Source: Phoronis australis (Eukaryota > Animalia > Phoronida). From it: a stretch of 64,000 bases of DNA. The stretch covers positions 1-64,000 of the forward strand of contig NMRA01000976.1 of the NCBI GenBank assembly GCA_002633005.1, written 5' to 3'. The notes below the pieces were generated by a model. The model was not told the origin of the DNA. It made no database searches and saw nothing but the letters and a program-made list of their open reading frames with translations. Below, one piece after another: positions 26,085 through 39,419 of the stretch. The position numbers and the translations under genes are program-made. The first letter of the stretch is position 1. Every line of letters starts with the position of its first letter.

Positions 26085-27162
26085 CTGAAAATATGTTTCG
26101 TGTCAAAACCACTTTTTGTGCCAGCACAAGAACGCAATTAACATGCCAAGAATTGTATGATGACACTTGGCTTACCTCAAAATGTAACTGCTGCCTGGTG
26201 GTTTGGTAATTGCCCCAGTTATGTTGTACATGCATCAGGATTAATGAGGAACATACTATTGAAACATTAAATGCTTTAGGTTGTTAAAGTCATATTTCTT
26301 GTCCAATTTGCAAACTTCAAAAACCTAATCATGTGTTTTTCGCAATGTGTTAAATATGAACTTTCAAAACGAAAATCTAAAAATACTATCATTGCCTGCA
26401 ATGTGTTTATGAGTCTCACTATCCAGAGAATGATAACATCAGAAGTGCGAGGCGATTTAACTAACCCCAACAGCTGATGGTCGGTGTCTTTGATTTGAAC
26501 CAGCAAATTCTGAGGTATGCAAACTGGTAGAGTTGCCCTATCTCGACTGGCTAGGGTGTCAATGAAGGATTCTTCTCATGGTATGCAGAATGGTAAGCGT
26601 ATTGTTATTTCACTCTAGCTTTAATGTATGGATTGAACCACGCTTGTATTGCAATCTCTATGATCAGCATTCAAATGTAGATTGCAACACGAAATCTGCA
26701 ACTTACAGTTCCAGGTCATATAGGTATAGGCAAGGAACGCTGGAACCATTTGCACTAAATTCCAGTAATCAATTAACAGTATGAACATTTCTGAAAGACC
26801 CTCAAGGCACTCTTTTAAAAATTTGCTGCACGTGACAATACAGGTCAAATCGCTATTTGCTCCTAGGTATAGACCACGGAAATCCCAGAGCTGATTTTGA
26901 TTGCTCTCAGGTCTATCAGGTTCTCTGACTGTCAAAGCAGATTGGTCAGTTTGGAAATTAGCTAAATCAGAGATCATCTAAAATTGTTTCGCAGGAAATT
27001 CAAGTGGTTGGTAAAACATGGAAAAAATAAGTTTTTCAAAAATGATTTTTAGCTATTCACTTCAATCAAAAGTGTTAATCTGTTTCCGAAAGAAGTCTTC
27101 AAACTTACCAAACTAGCGAAAGAAAGCAAACTTACCTGTCTAGCAGAGAAATACAAACTTAC

Positions 27163-27359
27163 CTATCTAGCAAAACCCGGGCAAACTCGGCATTACTGGG
27201 GATGTTCAACGCCACTCGGATGGAAATCCAGCGTGCAATTTCGTCTCCAATGCTAATCCTTGAGATGTTACTCCTTCTATTTCCTTCAGCTTTTCGCTTC
27301 TTCTTCTCTGATAGCGGCAGAAGATCCCTTTGGTCACCACTGTCACCCGTGTCGGCCAT
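27163..27359 (-). CDS. Zinc-finger gene, exon 1 (ZNF692-like N-terminal domain)
   Basis: aaaaATGGCC start. MADTGDSGDQRDLLPLSEKKKRKAEGNRRSNISRISIGDEIARWISIRVALNIPSNAEFARVLLD, then AG|gtaagt. Resembles the recalled ZNF692 RIRLGGHMEQW...SQLAKFLLDRY. Confidence 0.85.
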
Positions 27360-28942
27360 TTTTGCGACAGCACTGGTATGATCACTTGAAATGTAAATCA
27401 CTCTCACCACGAGAGTGTAACCTGAGTGGTTGTTTATTGTAAAGTCACGGGTGGCAGTCCCAACCTGTTAACGGTTTCATTGGTTTTGGGCCAAGAGTGC
27501 AACACCTGAAAACAAAGAGCATGATGTTAGGCCAAAGACTTCATGGATCGTGCACGTGTCCAATGAAACAGATTCCAAAGTGAATTGTCCACGTTTTATG
27601 ACAATGCCAAAAGCAGCGGGATTCACCAAAAAGTGAATACAGACAGCCACATAATTGCCAGTATCCACAACATTGCTGTCGGTCAAGGCTCACACTCTCC
27701 TGAGGGAAATGTGCCTATGCCTCAAAGGATACTAAACCCTGTTTAGATGATTTCAAGCAATCCTTGTTCTGTCACCTGCTAATGCATCGATCTAGAAAGA
27801 TAAAGAAAGGAATCACCTAAAAACTCATACTTTCTAACTCACAAATTGTATATTACGGTCTTAAAGGGTGGTCTTTTACCACAGTTGCCATGTAATTCAC
27901 AGGTCACGCTTGCCCGTTAAGCAGACTTTGAAAGGAGTTTTCAAATTTTGCTCCGAACTTTTGAGGGTTGTCGAGGGTTACAGAGCATTATTTTGTTTCA
28001 GAGAACTGCATGGGAAAGTTGTTCTTAGTATCTGTTAAGGCCAAAACCGGGTTCGGTATCCTTTTAAGAGACGATTTTATAGGAAATCTCCCAGTTGCAA
28101 CCAATTTAACCCCACCCTGGTCATCACCAAATCCCCACTGAATCATGTAGCTTAAGTACAGGTTTCAAAGCATCCCTTACAAACCCTTAGAACAGACCAG
28201 GGATGTGAACACTGAAAAGGCTAGACTGTGAAAGATGATTTTCGCAGTTAACGAAAGCTTCTGAATGCCAGGGTTGGTATGACATGAAAATCGTACTAAC
28301 CTTGAGGGGAAATGTTTAGCCAACACTGAATGAACAATTTAACCAATTCCTCCAGTTGCAAGGTATTCAAAATTTGAATCGCCAATGGAAGTGTTACTAT
28401 TCTCAGAAACCCATCAGTAGAATAACAAGTGTTGCACGCAATATTCAGAATCATGCTTTGGGTGGTCACACGACACCATTCTTATGAATTTCCAGCCATA
28501 AATAGTCATATCAGGCGACAGTTGAGCAATCGAGAGCATCTCCCAGGACTCAGTGTCAGCATAGATTATAGACAGCAGATTTGCCACTCTGACATTTTCT
28601 AGGATACTATCCTAGAAGAGGCGCCACTCTAATACACTACCAATTTCAGTTTTCTGTTATAGTGTATAGTGACAGGAAATTCTCGCATCTATTTCATTGT
28701 CCAGTACAACGAAAAAAAAATTGGCATTGAAACGCTGAGCAATTAGTCTTACAATAATGGAACTGTTGGTATTGTGAGTACTTTTGGCACCCGACAACAC
28801 AACAGCCGACCATGATTAGCTGGAATTAAAACTTGCTAATTTTGCCAGGTATCGCTAGTGAACAATGACGTCACGGCTCATGCGATAGATCCCAGATTTC
28901 GTCTATTGAAAATATATACGAAGTTGGCTATGCAAGTTAGGT

Positions 28943-29113
28943 CAGATGCGGATTTAGGGGGGAGGGGTGCCAAGAGGGCCATGGCCCCCTTAAAATTTTC
29001 CAGAGATTCCACTTTGCAGTTCAGGGGTCCGAATGTTTGATGGGCAAAATCCTGGCTATAATAATCTTCCCTGCCCACCCCCCCTCCAACTCGAAATCCT
29101 GGATTCAACCCTG
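28943..29113. mobile_element. Diverged copy of the CAG...CTG MITE
   Basis: cagatgcggatttagggggg...aaatcctggattcaaccctg. Confidence 0.7.
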
Positions 29114-29626
29114 TAACTTGTCTCGACGTACCATGGGGATGTTATCCACCAAGAATGGTCTATTTATTTACGGACTGCCATTTCTTTTCAAACCCAAAAT
29201 TGACTTGTCATCTGAACAACATCTAAGAAAAACCTTGAAACCGACTTAACATGGTCAGAATCACAAGTTTGTTTCTAAAATAGAAAGCGAGTTTATAACA
29301 ACTGTTAGTGTAAATTGTTTTTGACGAGGTTAAAACTTCTTACTTTGCAGCTGAAATTTGGTTGTAGGCCTAACTACACTAAATGGACATCGAAGTTCAG
29401 TGATTAGTGTATTGGGAACGATCCAAAGAAGCTGAAGACGCCTGTGTACACGGCCATGTAATCCTGTCCAAGAGAATGGCCATGTGACAACAAAAACCTC
29501 AAAAGATTATACTAATTAGGAGAATTGCATGTGGAACCAGAGTCTGAAGACTCTGAAGCCTTCAGAGTCTGAAGGGTACCTGAATTTCCTGCAGAAATTA
29601 CGTCTTGCAAGCACTCCAATTAGTCA

Positions 29627-29683
29627 TAGACAATGACCATCGTCTCTGCTGGCTTCGCTAGCAGAGACGATGGTCATTGACTA
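29627..29683. repeat. 57-bp near-perfect palindromic TAG...CTA mini-element
   Basis: tagacaatgaccatcgtctctgctggc-ttc-gctagcagagacgatggtcattgacta. Confidence 0.85.
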
Positions 29684-29712
29684 TCCAAGTCAAGGACAAT
29701 CACCGTCTCTAC

Positions 29713-29770
29713 TAGGCAATGACCATCGCCTCTGTTGGCCCGGGCCAACAGAGGCGATGGTCATTGCCTA
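29713..29770. mobile_element. 58-bp perfect palindromic TAG...CTA mini-element with 9-bp TSD
   Basis: taggcaatgaccatcgcctctgttggccc followed by its exact reverse complement. CGTCTCTAC at 29704-29712 and 29771-29779. Confidence 0.85.
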
Positions 29771-30126
29771 CGTCTCTACTAGCTGGCCAAGGCCAGCTGG
29801 ACGGTGATCAATTTCTATCCATCCAAGCCACAGGCGTTCTCAGCTTCTGATCGGGACGATCAGAAGCTGTGCACTCTAAGTGTTAGCAAAGACGAATCCC
29901 TCGGTACTAACAAGCATATAACCAGGCCCCGGAACTTAACTTCCTCACGATATTTTTAGAACTCTCTTCTCATTGTACGTTTCCCATGTGGTAAAATTGC
30001 AACCTCGAGATTTCACGGAACTGGCCGCGAGAGTTTGCACTGTGAATTTCCGGTAGTCTGCTACCCTCTGACACAGCGCCACCTAGAGTGTAGTAGTCTG
30101 CTCCAGTGTTATGAGATACATAGCTC

Positions 30127-32816
30127 ATTGGTTGTAATTATCAAATCAAGCCTAATTTTCTTCATCTTCATTTTTTTATTTTCGTTCTTAGTGGATTCAC
30201 CAAATGAGACGCCTGACGTATGGTTCCATATAGGCTAACCAAGGATTTCTCAGCAAAAATTCGACAAACACTGGTCATCATTTCAGTGGGCTCCGAACCG
30301 TGGCCCTCAGCCTCGGCTTGCTGGATACCGGGAACAGTCCGACCTCTGATATCTTTTTAGCATCAGGCAGCTGACCAAAGGGCCTATTAATATGTAGAGA
30401 TTTATAATTTTGGACGAATGCCTGATTAAATTCTTCAACGAAGCAGGGAGATCCATCTAAAATTTTTGTCGTTGTCGTCCGGTAGCAATCTTTTGAATCC
30501 TTAAAACTATTTCCGTGCCCAGTAGTTTAATTAGTCATTTATATAACCTCTATTGTCCATTCGGCCACTGCATATTGATATTACACCCTAAATTAATTGA
30601 CAACACAACTGATCTGACTGACTGATTACAATAAGCTAATTAACCTGCCCTTTACTAAATACCTGAAAGGTTTCACTACTAAATTCTAGTGCTTTGCATA
30701 TTCTCTTGGTTTTTAGAATTGAAAATATTCTTTAAACCTGTCACGTATGGAATACGATAATCATTTATAACGTGAATTATTTTATCTCGATTAAAAACAT
30801 ATATTCGACGATCACTTTCGATTAGAAATTCAAAAAACAAGCCTGCATTTTACTACACTGGCAATATAACATATAATAAACCAACATGTATTTTCTGATG
30901 TTTTGCTGGTTGATTAAGGCATACACACGGCCATTTTTGCCAGTATCTGAAGAACGTCTTATGTAATCGGGAGGTGTTGAGCAGTGCGAATTTGAACTTT
31001 TTTCTAAATCATCATTTGTGGCGGTTGCAGGCATAGAGGTTGAATTCAAANGTAGCCGCAAGGTTCCCGCGTCTTCGCCCGCTCCCCCGTGCGGTAAACC
31101 GCGACGTGTTGTATGGGGAATACCCTGAAGCACAATCAGGCCTGCAAAGCACTTAGGAGTGACTCCGTATAAAAATAAACAAGTAGAGACTATACCCATA
31201 ATCACAGATTTTTTAGACTTAGCATATGAGGTCGGTTTGATAAGATGTAGAAAACCCTCGCTTTTAAAAATTTCCATCCATTACCGTAGTTCTTATGACC
31301 TGTTTATACCTCCATTTTGCAGACATGTAGACATGTTTAAATGCATTTTACTAGCATGCATAGTGAGCTGATAGTAAATGAGTGCTGTGGTTTAAAAGGC
31401 CTATGCTTGAATAACTTAACAGTATAACTTTGAAATTTCAATTTCAAATTTTTATACTTTGATTTTGTGTGGCAAGAACGGCTATTTCGAAGGTTTTCAC
31501 TAAATCCATTTTTGGCCAAAGTTGGAACTTTGTAGCCAGTCATATTGCACCTTTCCAAAAACTGACCCTCTAATAATTTGTTCAGTCATTTCTAACCTGT
31601 TCATAATCTAAAATAAAAAAATCTTTCCTCTCCCGTAGTTTCTACGTACGAAGCATTACACGTACCGCACTTCGTCCTATTTGCCTGTTCTTAGTTGCCT
31701 CAACCACCAATAGGAGGCTCTTGGAACATGTAATTAGCAGAAACCGTAGAGAGGGAATTGGCTTGCAAAACACGACGTAAAAATCTTGTACTTCTATCTT
31801 AGAAAAAAGCAGACATACTACTAATTTCCATTCCCTGAAAACCACACTGATGATTACAGCTTATTATTACAAATTATGCACATAAATTAAGATTGACATA
31901 CGTTTTACAGAGACGACACCCTGACGACAATACCCGTAAGCCAAACAGCGCGTGGCTCCCTGTCTGCCATATTCAATGATGATGAACGATATGTAAACAA
32001 AAGCAAGGTAAAATTTTGAGGGAAAAAATGAAATTTTGAATACTAACGAGGTTTTAAAATATTGTCAACATAAAGCAATGCAAACCTGTGACCCACGCAT
32101 TGCTTAAACGCCGGTCATGTAAGCCAAAGTACAGACAAAATTCTAATGGTTTGGCCGAAATTCTCTCACGGAGTGCTGCTAGTGCATGAGAGGTTTTGCC
32201 GGCTCCGTCGATAAGACAATCACTGAAACGTACTAGATATTTTATAAAATTCGGAAAATATTTCCATGATATTACGTTTTCGTCGTTATAATTGTATAGC
32301 ACTTCAGAGGTGTTTTAAAACCGACAAGGCGATCAGCTGTCAAGAGGCCGCTCTCCGGCGGGCCCTTTCACTGGATTCGCAAAGTTTTTAGTCTGGGCTT
32401 TTAGGGGAGCTTATTTTTGTCAGCGTTAGTTCATCCTGTTGGTATAGTTATAAGGGCTCGCCCAGCTAAATGTGATGATTTTTCCTCGACCTCTACTAGT
32501 TTAACCGGAAATTCGAACATCACGGCTTGGGCGGCCCGAAGCCGGTTGTAGTATGCATTTGCACGGATCCGATTTCCCGAAAGGTGATTGGAATTGTCTT
32601 CTTCAGGTTATACCAAATTACACCGATAATACAGGCGTTTTTTTCACGAAAACGCAAGGGGGAGTTACTGCGTCACGCTTTCTCCATCTCCATTGGGACA
32701 GCTGGAGATGATGAACATAGTCCCCAAGTCCACCCACTGTGGGTTTGGGCAATTAATTACCAAATAAAATGCCTAATGGTTTGTACTTCATAATGATACA
32801 GTTGGTAGAGCAATTG
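30127..32816. repeat. Copy A of a ~2.7-kb near-identical direct duplication
   Basis: Colinear with 32934-36361; ends exactly at the single N at 32817. Confidence 0.92.
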
Positions 32817-32933
32817 NTAGATTTTGAAAACACTCTAATAAATGAACTAAAAAATACCAAAATAAAATTGCCCCCCTAAAGTACTCACAAAAAACATTTT
32901 CTAGAGGCCCTACAAAATCTGGCCCACCGACTA

Positions 32934-35900
32934 ATTGGTTGTAGTTATCAAATCAAGCCTAATTTGCTTCATCTTCATTTTTTTCATTTTTGTTCTTAGT
33001 GGAATCACCAAATGAGACGCCTGACGTATAGGCTAACCAAGGATTTCTCAGCAAAATTATTCGACAAACACTATTATTTCAGTGCGCTCCGAACCCTGGC
33101 CCTCAGCCTCAGCTTGCTAGATACCGGGAATAGTCCGACCTCTGATATCTTTTCAGCACCAGGCAGCTGATCAAAGGGCCAATTAATATCTAGAGATGTA
33201 TAATTTTGGACGAATGCCCAATGAAATTCTTCAACGAAGCAGAGAGATCCATATTCTAAAATTTTTGTCGTTGTCGTCTGGTAGTAGCAATCTTTTGAAT
33301 CCTTAAAACTATTTCCGTGCCCAGTAGTTTAATTAGTCATTTATATAACCTCTAGTTCATTTCCATTGCATATTGATATTACACCCTAAATTAATTGACA
33401 ACACAAGTTAGCTGACTGACTGATTACAATAAGCTAATTAACCTGCCGATTAATACCCGGGTTTCAACACTACATTCTAGTGCTTTGCATTTTAGCTCTC
33501 TTGGTTTTTAGAATTGAAAATATTCTTTAAACCTGTCACGTATGGAATACGATAATTATTTCGTGAATTATTTATCTTTTGTTTTTGGTATAAGCATATG
33601 CGCAAGGAAGAGCTGACGAAGGGATTTCCAATGATACGCCTCGTGATATCCTGTTGAAAAACGGCATAGCTGCGAAGCGTTTTTGTGGCAGTAAAAAAGT
33701 GACGCCTTTTCAGTTGACTTACTGTTAAAATATATACATGTCATTTGTCCTACTGTAGGTACATAAATTCGGTATCGTATTGGAGCTCCAGTTTGTTGAG
33801 ATGACTAGGGAATCGAGGATGCCATGGCGGTAACTCGCAAAACTAAACCGACCCCGGACTGAAATTAAAATGTAATGTGGTCCCGGCAGAAAGTCTTTCT
33901 GGATTGCTGAGCATTACCATAACTTTCAAACCATATATGAAATTGAGTGATTATACCCCATCACATACTCGGACGGAAACATTTAGTCGGAGAATGACTT
34001 GAAAATTTTATCAGGTTGTTCTGTACGTGTGCTACTTAAGTTGCTTATACACATATAGCGAACAGACCACTACTCTAATAGTTCACTACTCCGAAGGTTC
34101 ATTACTCTGAAGCAGTAATAGATATTCAGAGTAGTGGACCTTCGAAGTAGTGAATCTTCAAAGTAGTGACATGTAACCTTGGAGATCTCCTCCGTCACCT
34201 TTTTGCTCATTTGAAGTCTGAGAGGAATTTTCTTCATTAAGAAAAGGCTTGAACCTACTTCTTTTGAATAATGCGAACAAGCTTGTCGGGTTTTTTCAGT
34301 GATGAGAAACGTCGTAGTTAAATGTTTACTTTTTGAGCTATTGAAGTCACGTGTACTGAATTAAAAACAATGAAAACACATCCAGGTAGACTCACGCATC
34401 ACTAATGCACTAGTAAACGCACCAATACAAAACCAAAGCGTGAACTCGATTAAAAACATATATTCAACGATCACTTTCGATTAGAAATTCAAAAACAAGC
34501 CTGCATTTTACTACGCTGGCAGTATAACAGATAATAAACCTACATGTATTTTCTGCTGTTTTGCTGGTTGATTAAGGCATACACACGGCCATTTTTGCCA
34601 GTATCTGAAGAACGTCTTATGTAATCGGGAGGTGTTGAGCAGTGCGAATTTGAATTTTTTTCTAAATCATCATTTGTGGCGGTTNAAACCGCGACGCGTT
34701 GTATGAGGAAGACCCTGAAGCACAATCAGGCCTGCAAAGCACTTAGGAGTGACTCCGTATAAAAAATCAAGTAGAGACTATACCCATAATCACAGATTTT
34801 TTAGACTTAGCATATGAGGTCGGTTTGGTAAGTTGTAGAAAATCCTCGCTTTTAAAAATGTCCATCCATTACCGTAGTTCTTATGACCTGTTTATACCTA
34901 CATTTTGCAGACATGTAGACATGTTTAAATGCATTTTACTAGCATGTATAGTTAGCTGATAGCAAATGAGTGCTGTGGTTTAAAAGGCCTATGCTTGAAT
35001 AACTTAACAGTATAACTTTGAAATTTCATTTTTAAATTTGTATACTTTGATTTTGTGTGACAAAAACGGCTATTTTGAAGGTTTTCACTAAATCCATTTT
35101 TGGCCAAAGTTGGAACTTTGTAGCCAGTCATATTGCACCTTTCCAAAAACTGACCCTCTAATAATTTGTTCAGTCATTTCTAACCTGTTCATAATCTAAA
35201 ATAAAAAAATCTTTCCTCTCTAGTTTCTACGTACGAAGCATTACACGTACCGCATTTCGTCCTATTTGCCTGTTCTTAGTTGCCTCAACCACCAATAGGA
35301 GGCTCTTGGAACATGTAATTAGCAGAAACCCGTAGAGAGGGAATTGGCTTGCAAAACACGACGTAAAAATCTTGTACTTCTATCTTAGAAAAAAGCAGAC
35401 ATACTACTAATTTCCATTCCCTGAAAACCACACTGATGATTACAGCTTATTATTACAAATTATGCACATAAATTAAGACTGACATACGTTTTACAGAGAC
35501 GACACCCTGACGACAATACCCGTAAGCCAGCCGGACAGCGCGTGGCTCCCGGTCTGCCATATTCAATGATGATGAACGATATGTAAACAAAAGCAAGGTG
35601 AAATTTTGAGAGAAAAATTGAAATTTTGAATACTAACGAGGTTTTAAAATATTTTTAACATAAAGCAATGCAAACCTGTGACCCACGCATTGCTTAAACG
35701 CCGGTCATGTAAGCCAAAGTACAAACAAAATTCTAATGGTTATTGGCCGAAATTCTCTCACGGAGTGCTGCTAGTGCTTGAGAGGTTTTGCCGGCTCCGT
35801 CGATAAGACAATTACTGAAACGTACTAGACATTTTATAAAATTCGGAAAATATTTCCATGATATTACGACAAGGCGATCAGCTGTCAAGAGGCCGCTCTC

Positions 35901-36361
35901 CGGCGGGCCCTTTCACTGGATTCGCAATGTTTTTAATCTGGGCTTGTAGGGGAGCTTATTTTTGTCAGCGTTAGTTCATCCTGTAGGTATAATTATAAGG
36001 GCTCGCCCAGCTAAATTTGATGATTTTTCCTCGACCTCGACTAGTTTAACCGGGAATTCGAACATCACGGCTTGGGCGGTCCGAAGCCGGTTGAAGTATG
36101 CATTTGCACGGATCCGATTTCCCGAAAGGTGATTGGAATTGTCTACTTCAGGTTATACCAAATTACACCGATAATACAGGCGTTTTTTCACGAAAACGCA
36201 AGGGGGAGGTACTGCGTCACGCTTTCTCCATCTCCATTGGGACAGCTGGAGATGATGAACATAGTCCCCAAGTCCACCCACTGTGGGGTTTGGGCAATTA
36301 ATTACCAAATAAAATGCCTAATGGTTTGTACTTCATAATGATACAGTTGGTAGAGCAATTG
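32934..36361. repeat. Copy B of the duplication, with a ~870-bp extra segment (~33578-34446)
   Basis: Direct comparison with copy A; the ORF track shows duplicated junk ORFs (MERCNMTG..., MGGPKPV...). Confidence 0.92.
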
Positions 36362-36789
36362 TTTAGGATTATGTCATAGAGAACTACAAAATTGGCAATC
36401 CATCTTTTTAAAGCAGACCAGACTGGTATACAGTATATTATTTCCAGTTGTGTTCCTTTTTAAATGGTCGAGTTGCGTAGTTGGGTATGGTTGGTGTGAG
36501 AATATGAAGGTATCTTCCGCACTCAAGTCCAAAGTTAGTGCTCATATTGACGAATAGCCGACAACCTCCGCTCGCCGTTCTCGATTAGGTTTTGAGATGC
36601 CAGCAGATAATTTTATCTGGGCAACTGTAAATGTGAGTAATGTAACCATAGATTCATTAGTCTAATTCCACGATATGAGTATCAATTCAAACGATTTTTT
36701 TCTTTGACACATATAAAAAATAGCCTACTTGCCCGGATCCCATCTACATGTATAATGTACCCGGATCGTAGATGTGTCGTGTGATTAAT

Positions 36790-37014
36790 AGGTCTATCGT
36801 AGAAAAAAAGCAAACGAGAGTACATGTACACCTACTAGATACGCTAAAGCGGCTTATGACATGTTAGTTGATTTAGATAGGAATGGAAGAAATACTTGGG
36901 TATCTTCTGTTAGACAATTGCTATCAAAATACGGTTTTTATCAAATTTGGTTGAATCAAGGTGTCACGTGCGAAGTCTCGTTTTTAAGTTTCTTCGCGCA
37001 AAGAGTTAATGACT
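36790..37014 (+). mobile_element. RTEX-like LINE ORF2 fragment
   Basis: KAAYDMLVDLDRNGRNTWVSSVRQLLSKYGFYQIWLNQGV, a post-RT motif recalled from RTEX-type elements. Confidence 0.5.
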
Positions 37015-37469
37015 NATCCATCAGTAAATAAGCATTTCCATGAGAGCACGCGATCGTGGATTGTGAAACCCAACGTCATTGGCTAAGAGTTTAAACTAAA
37101 TTACGAGCGTAATTTTACGCCGTAAAGAATTAAATTACGCTCGTAATTTTACGGCGTAATTAATGGCGTAAACAACTGCGTAATGTAGACAATTACGCTC
37201 GTATTTTTCCGGCGACACTTTCCCCCCAACGGCCCATCATAATTTCAAGCCTGTAAGCACCTTCGCTATCTAAAAGTTAGCAGCGTCATTTGGCCTTGTG
37301 GCCTGTACGTGAATATCTGCAAAATTCGCAATTGTGTTAACCTCATTCAAATTACCGTACAAAAAGTTTTGTACACTTGATTGAGAATTAAGGTTGAAGC
37401 CTAATTAGACTATACCTTCTGTTTGCAATGTTTATTTGATATTACACGCAGTGTCAGGTCATTTAACGT

Positions 37470-38460
37470 TAGTAAAACCAAGAACCCACCAGAAATTAAA
37501 ACAACAAAAATTGTCTATTAACGTTTCCCATATCGAGTGTGTCGACAAGTTTAAGTATTTGGGCCTTATTTTAAATCCCAACCTTAAAATTATTTAGAAA
37601 TCATGTAGAACACATAACAAAACAAATTGTCAAAAAAAATCGGTGTACTTAAACGTCTAGGTAATTTTCTTAATGTCAACACTCTTAAAACACTTTACCA
37701 TTCAGTTATCCAGCCACATATTGATTATTGTTTACCAGTTTGGGTACATACCAGCGACACACTTGTAAGCAAGGTTCAGGCGATATCCAAAATAGAGCCG
37801 ACAGGGCTATTATGGATACTACAATTAGGGAGACCTGTACTCCACGCTTGGATTGATTAAAGTATAACAAAGAAATAAAAATCTCTCCGACTGTTGCATA
37901 CACACATGTGTTAATGGTTTGGCTACAACGTATCTCAGCCGCAAATTCAGAACCAGACAAGCTGCTTACTCTATACGTTCTGCCGTTGATGGTAATGTTT
38001 CATTTAAAAGAATTAAAACCAAGACCGGCAAGAGATCTTTTATTCATGCTGCTGCTGCAGTATGGAACTCTCTTAGCCCAGAAATTAAACGTTCCGGTTC
38101 AGTTAATGCTTTCAGTTGCAATATTAAAAAATTACGGTAATTTATTTACCCATTCTTACACCTGTGCCTGTCTTAATTAATAATTGTCATTATTGTATAT
38201 ACTCTCACTATTTTTTTTTCATTTAATTTCATGTCCCTAAGTCTAATTTCATCATCCTCCGTCAATTATTTATTTACTATCTAAATTCTCAACCCGTTTT
38301 AATTGTTGCATTGTTACTTGTATTTCATTATTGTTTTACTATTTCATTGTATTTTATTGTATAGTTGTAAATCCTGCTGTTGAGGGCCCTCTTGGAAAGC
38401 AGTGATGGCACTAAAAAGGCCACCCTCATTTTAAATATTGAAATAAATAAATAACTAAAT
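37470..38460 (+). mobile_element. 5'-truncated L2/CR1-group LINE with intact 3' end
   Basis: IECVDKFKYLGLIL...KKIGVLKRL...LKTLYHSVIQPHIDYCLPVW (RT thumb) with frameshifts. 3' UTR has a gaggg...ccctc stem-loop and an (AATA)n tail. Confidence 0.85.
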
Positions 38461-39419
38461 AATTTTGAAAATACACAACGTGAAAACATGGTTGAATATA
38501 TCTTTTTTTAACAATTGAAATGTTAAAGTTCAATACACAAAAAATGCCGGGATAAGAAGTGAAATTGGTTTGTAACATTTGCAGATTAGTTGTGCTTAAT
38601 GTTCTGTAAGACCCTAGAAAATTTTCAAATTTGGCCAACCTTCAATTCCTGGCACAATATCTCAGAAGCGGCTGGATGGATTCACACGAAAGTTTCTGAT
38701 ATTATGCACTTTGCGTTGTTAAAAAATTAACGTTAGGAATTGTTTTTAAAATTTGTACTTTTGCAAAATGAAGTATAACAATTACTTGTATGATTTTTGT
38801 GACAAAACTTCATGAAAGTTGCATCAAGCGAAAACAAAATGAAAATTTTATAAAACTGCAACAGCGTGTTTGAAAGTTTATTTTGAACAATTACACCATA
38901 CAATAATTGGTCATGTAATGGATGCAATGCATGTATCTTTACTTTTTAATAACTTTTACTCGAAACATGGTCTGGTGGTCTCGTTATTGCCTGATTTGTA
39001 TAAAGTTAACAACTAAATTTTATGGAGTTTTTGCTTTCAGAAAAATGTACTTTTGCTAAGTTCACTTCTACTGTTTTGTACTACTTGGATAAATTTTCAG
39101 ACTTGTCGATAAGGTCCTTCATAACTTTAACATTGTGTTAAGGTTATGTTTTACGTTTGAAAAACTCCAAATTTAACTAATTTTGGGACACGAAATCTTA
39201 GATATGGCGAGCGTTTTCATATATTTCGGATACTATGCTTAAACCATTACATGTACGTTTCTAGAATTTATGGGAATTGGTTTTAGAATGCTCCGTTTGT
39301 GAGTAATGGGTTATCAAAAGCAGGACTTCTGTGATTTTTATAAAAAATCAAAGGTGCATCAAACGAAAACAAAAAGACGATATCATTTTACAGAGTCCAT
39401 TTGAATATTTTAGGAATTT

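Noticed and set aside
32795-32816. cagttggtagagca resembling a tRNA D-arm/A-box (also at ~36345)
   Set aside because: No B-box or cloverleaf follows in either copy.
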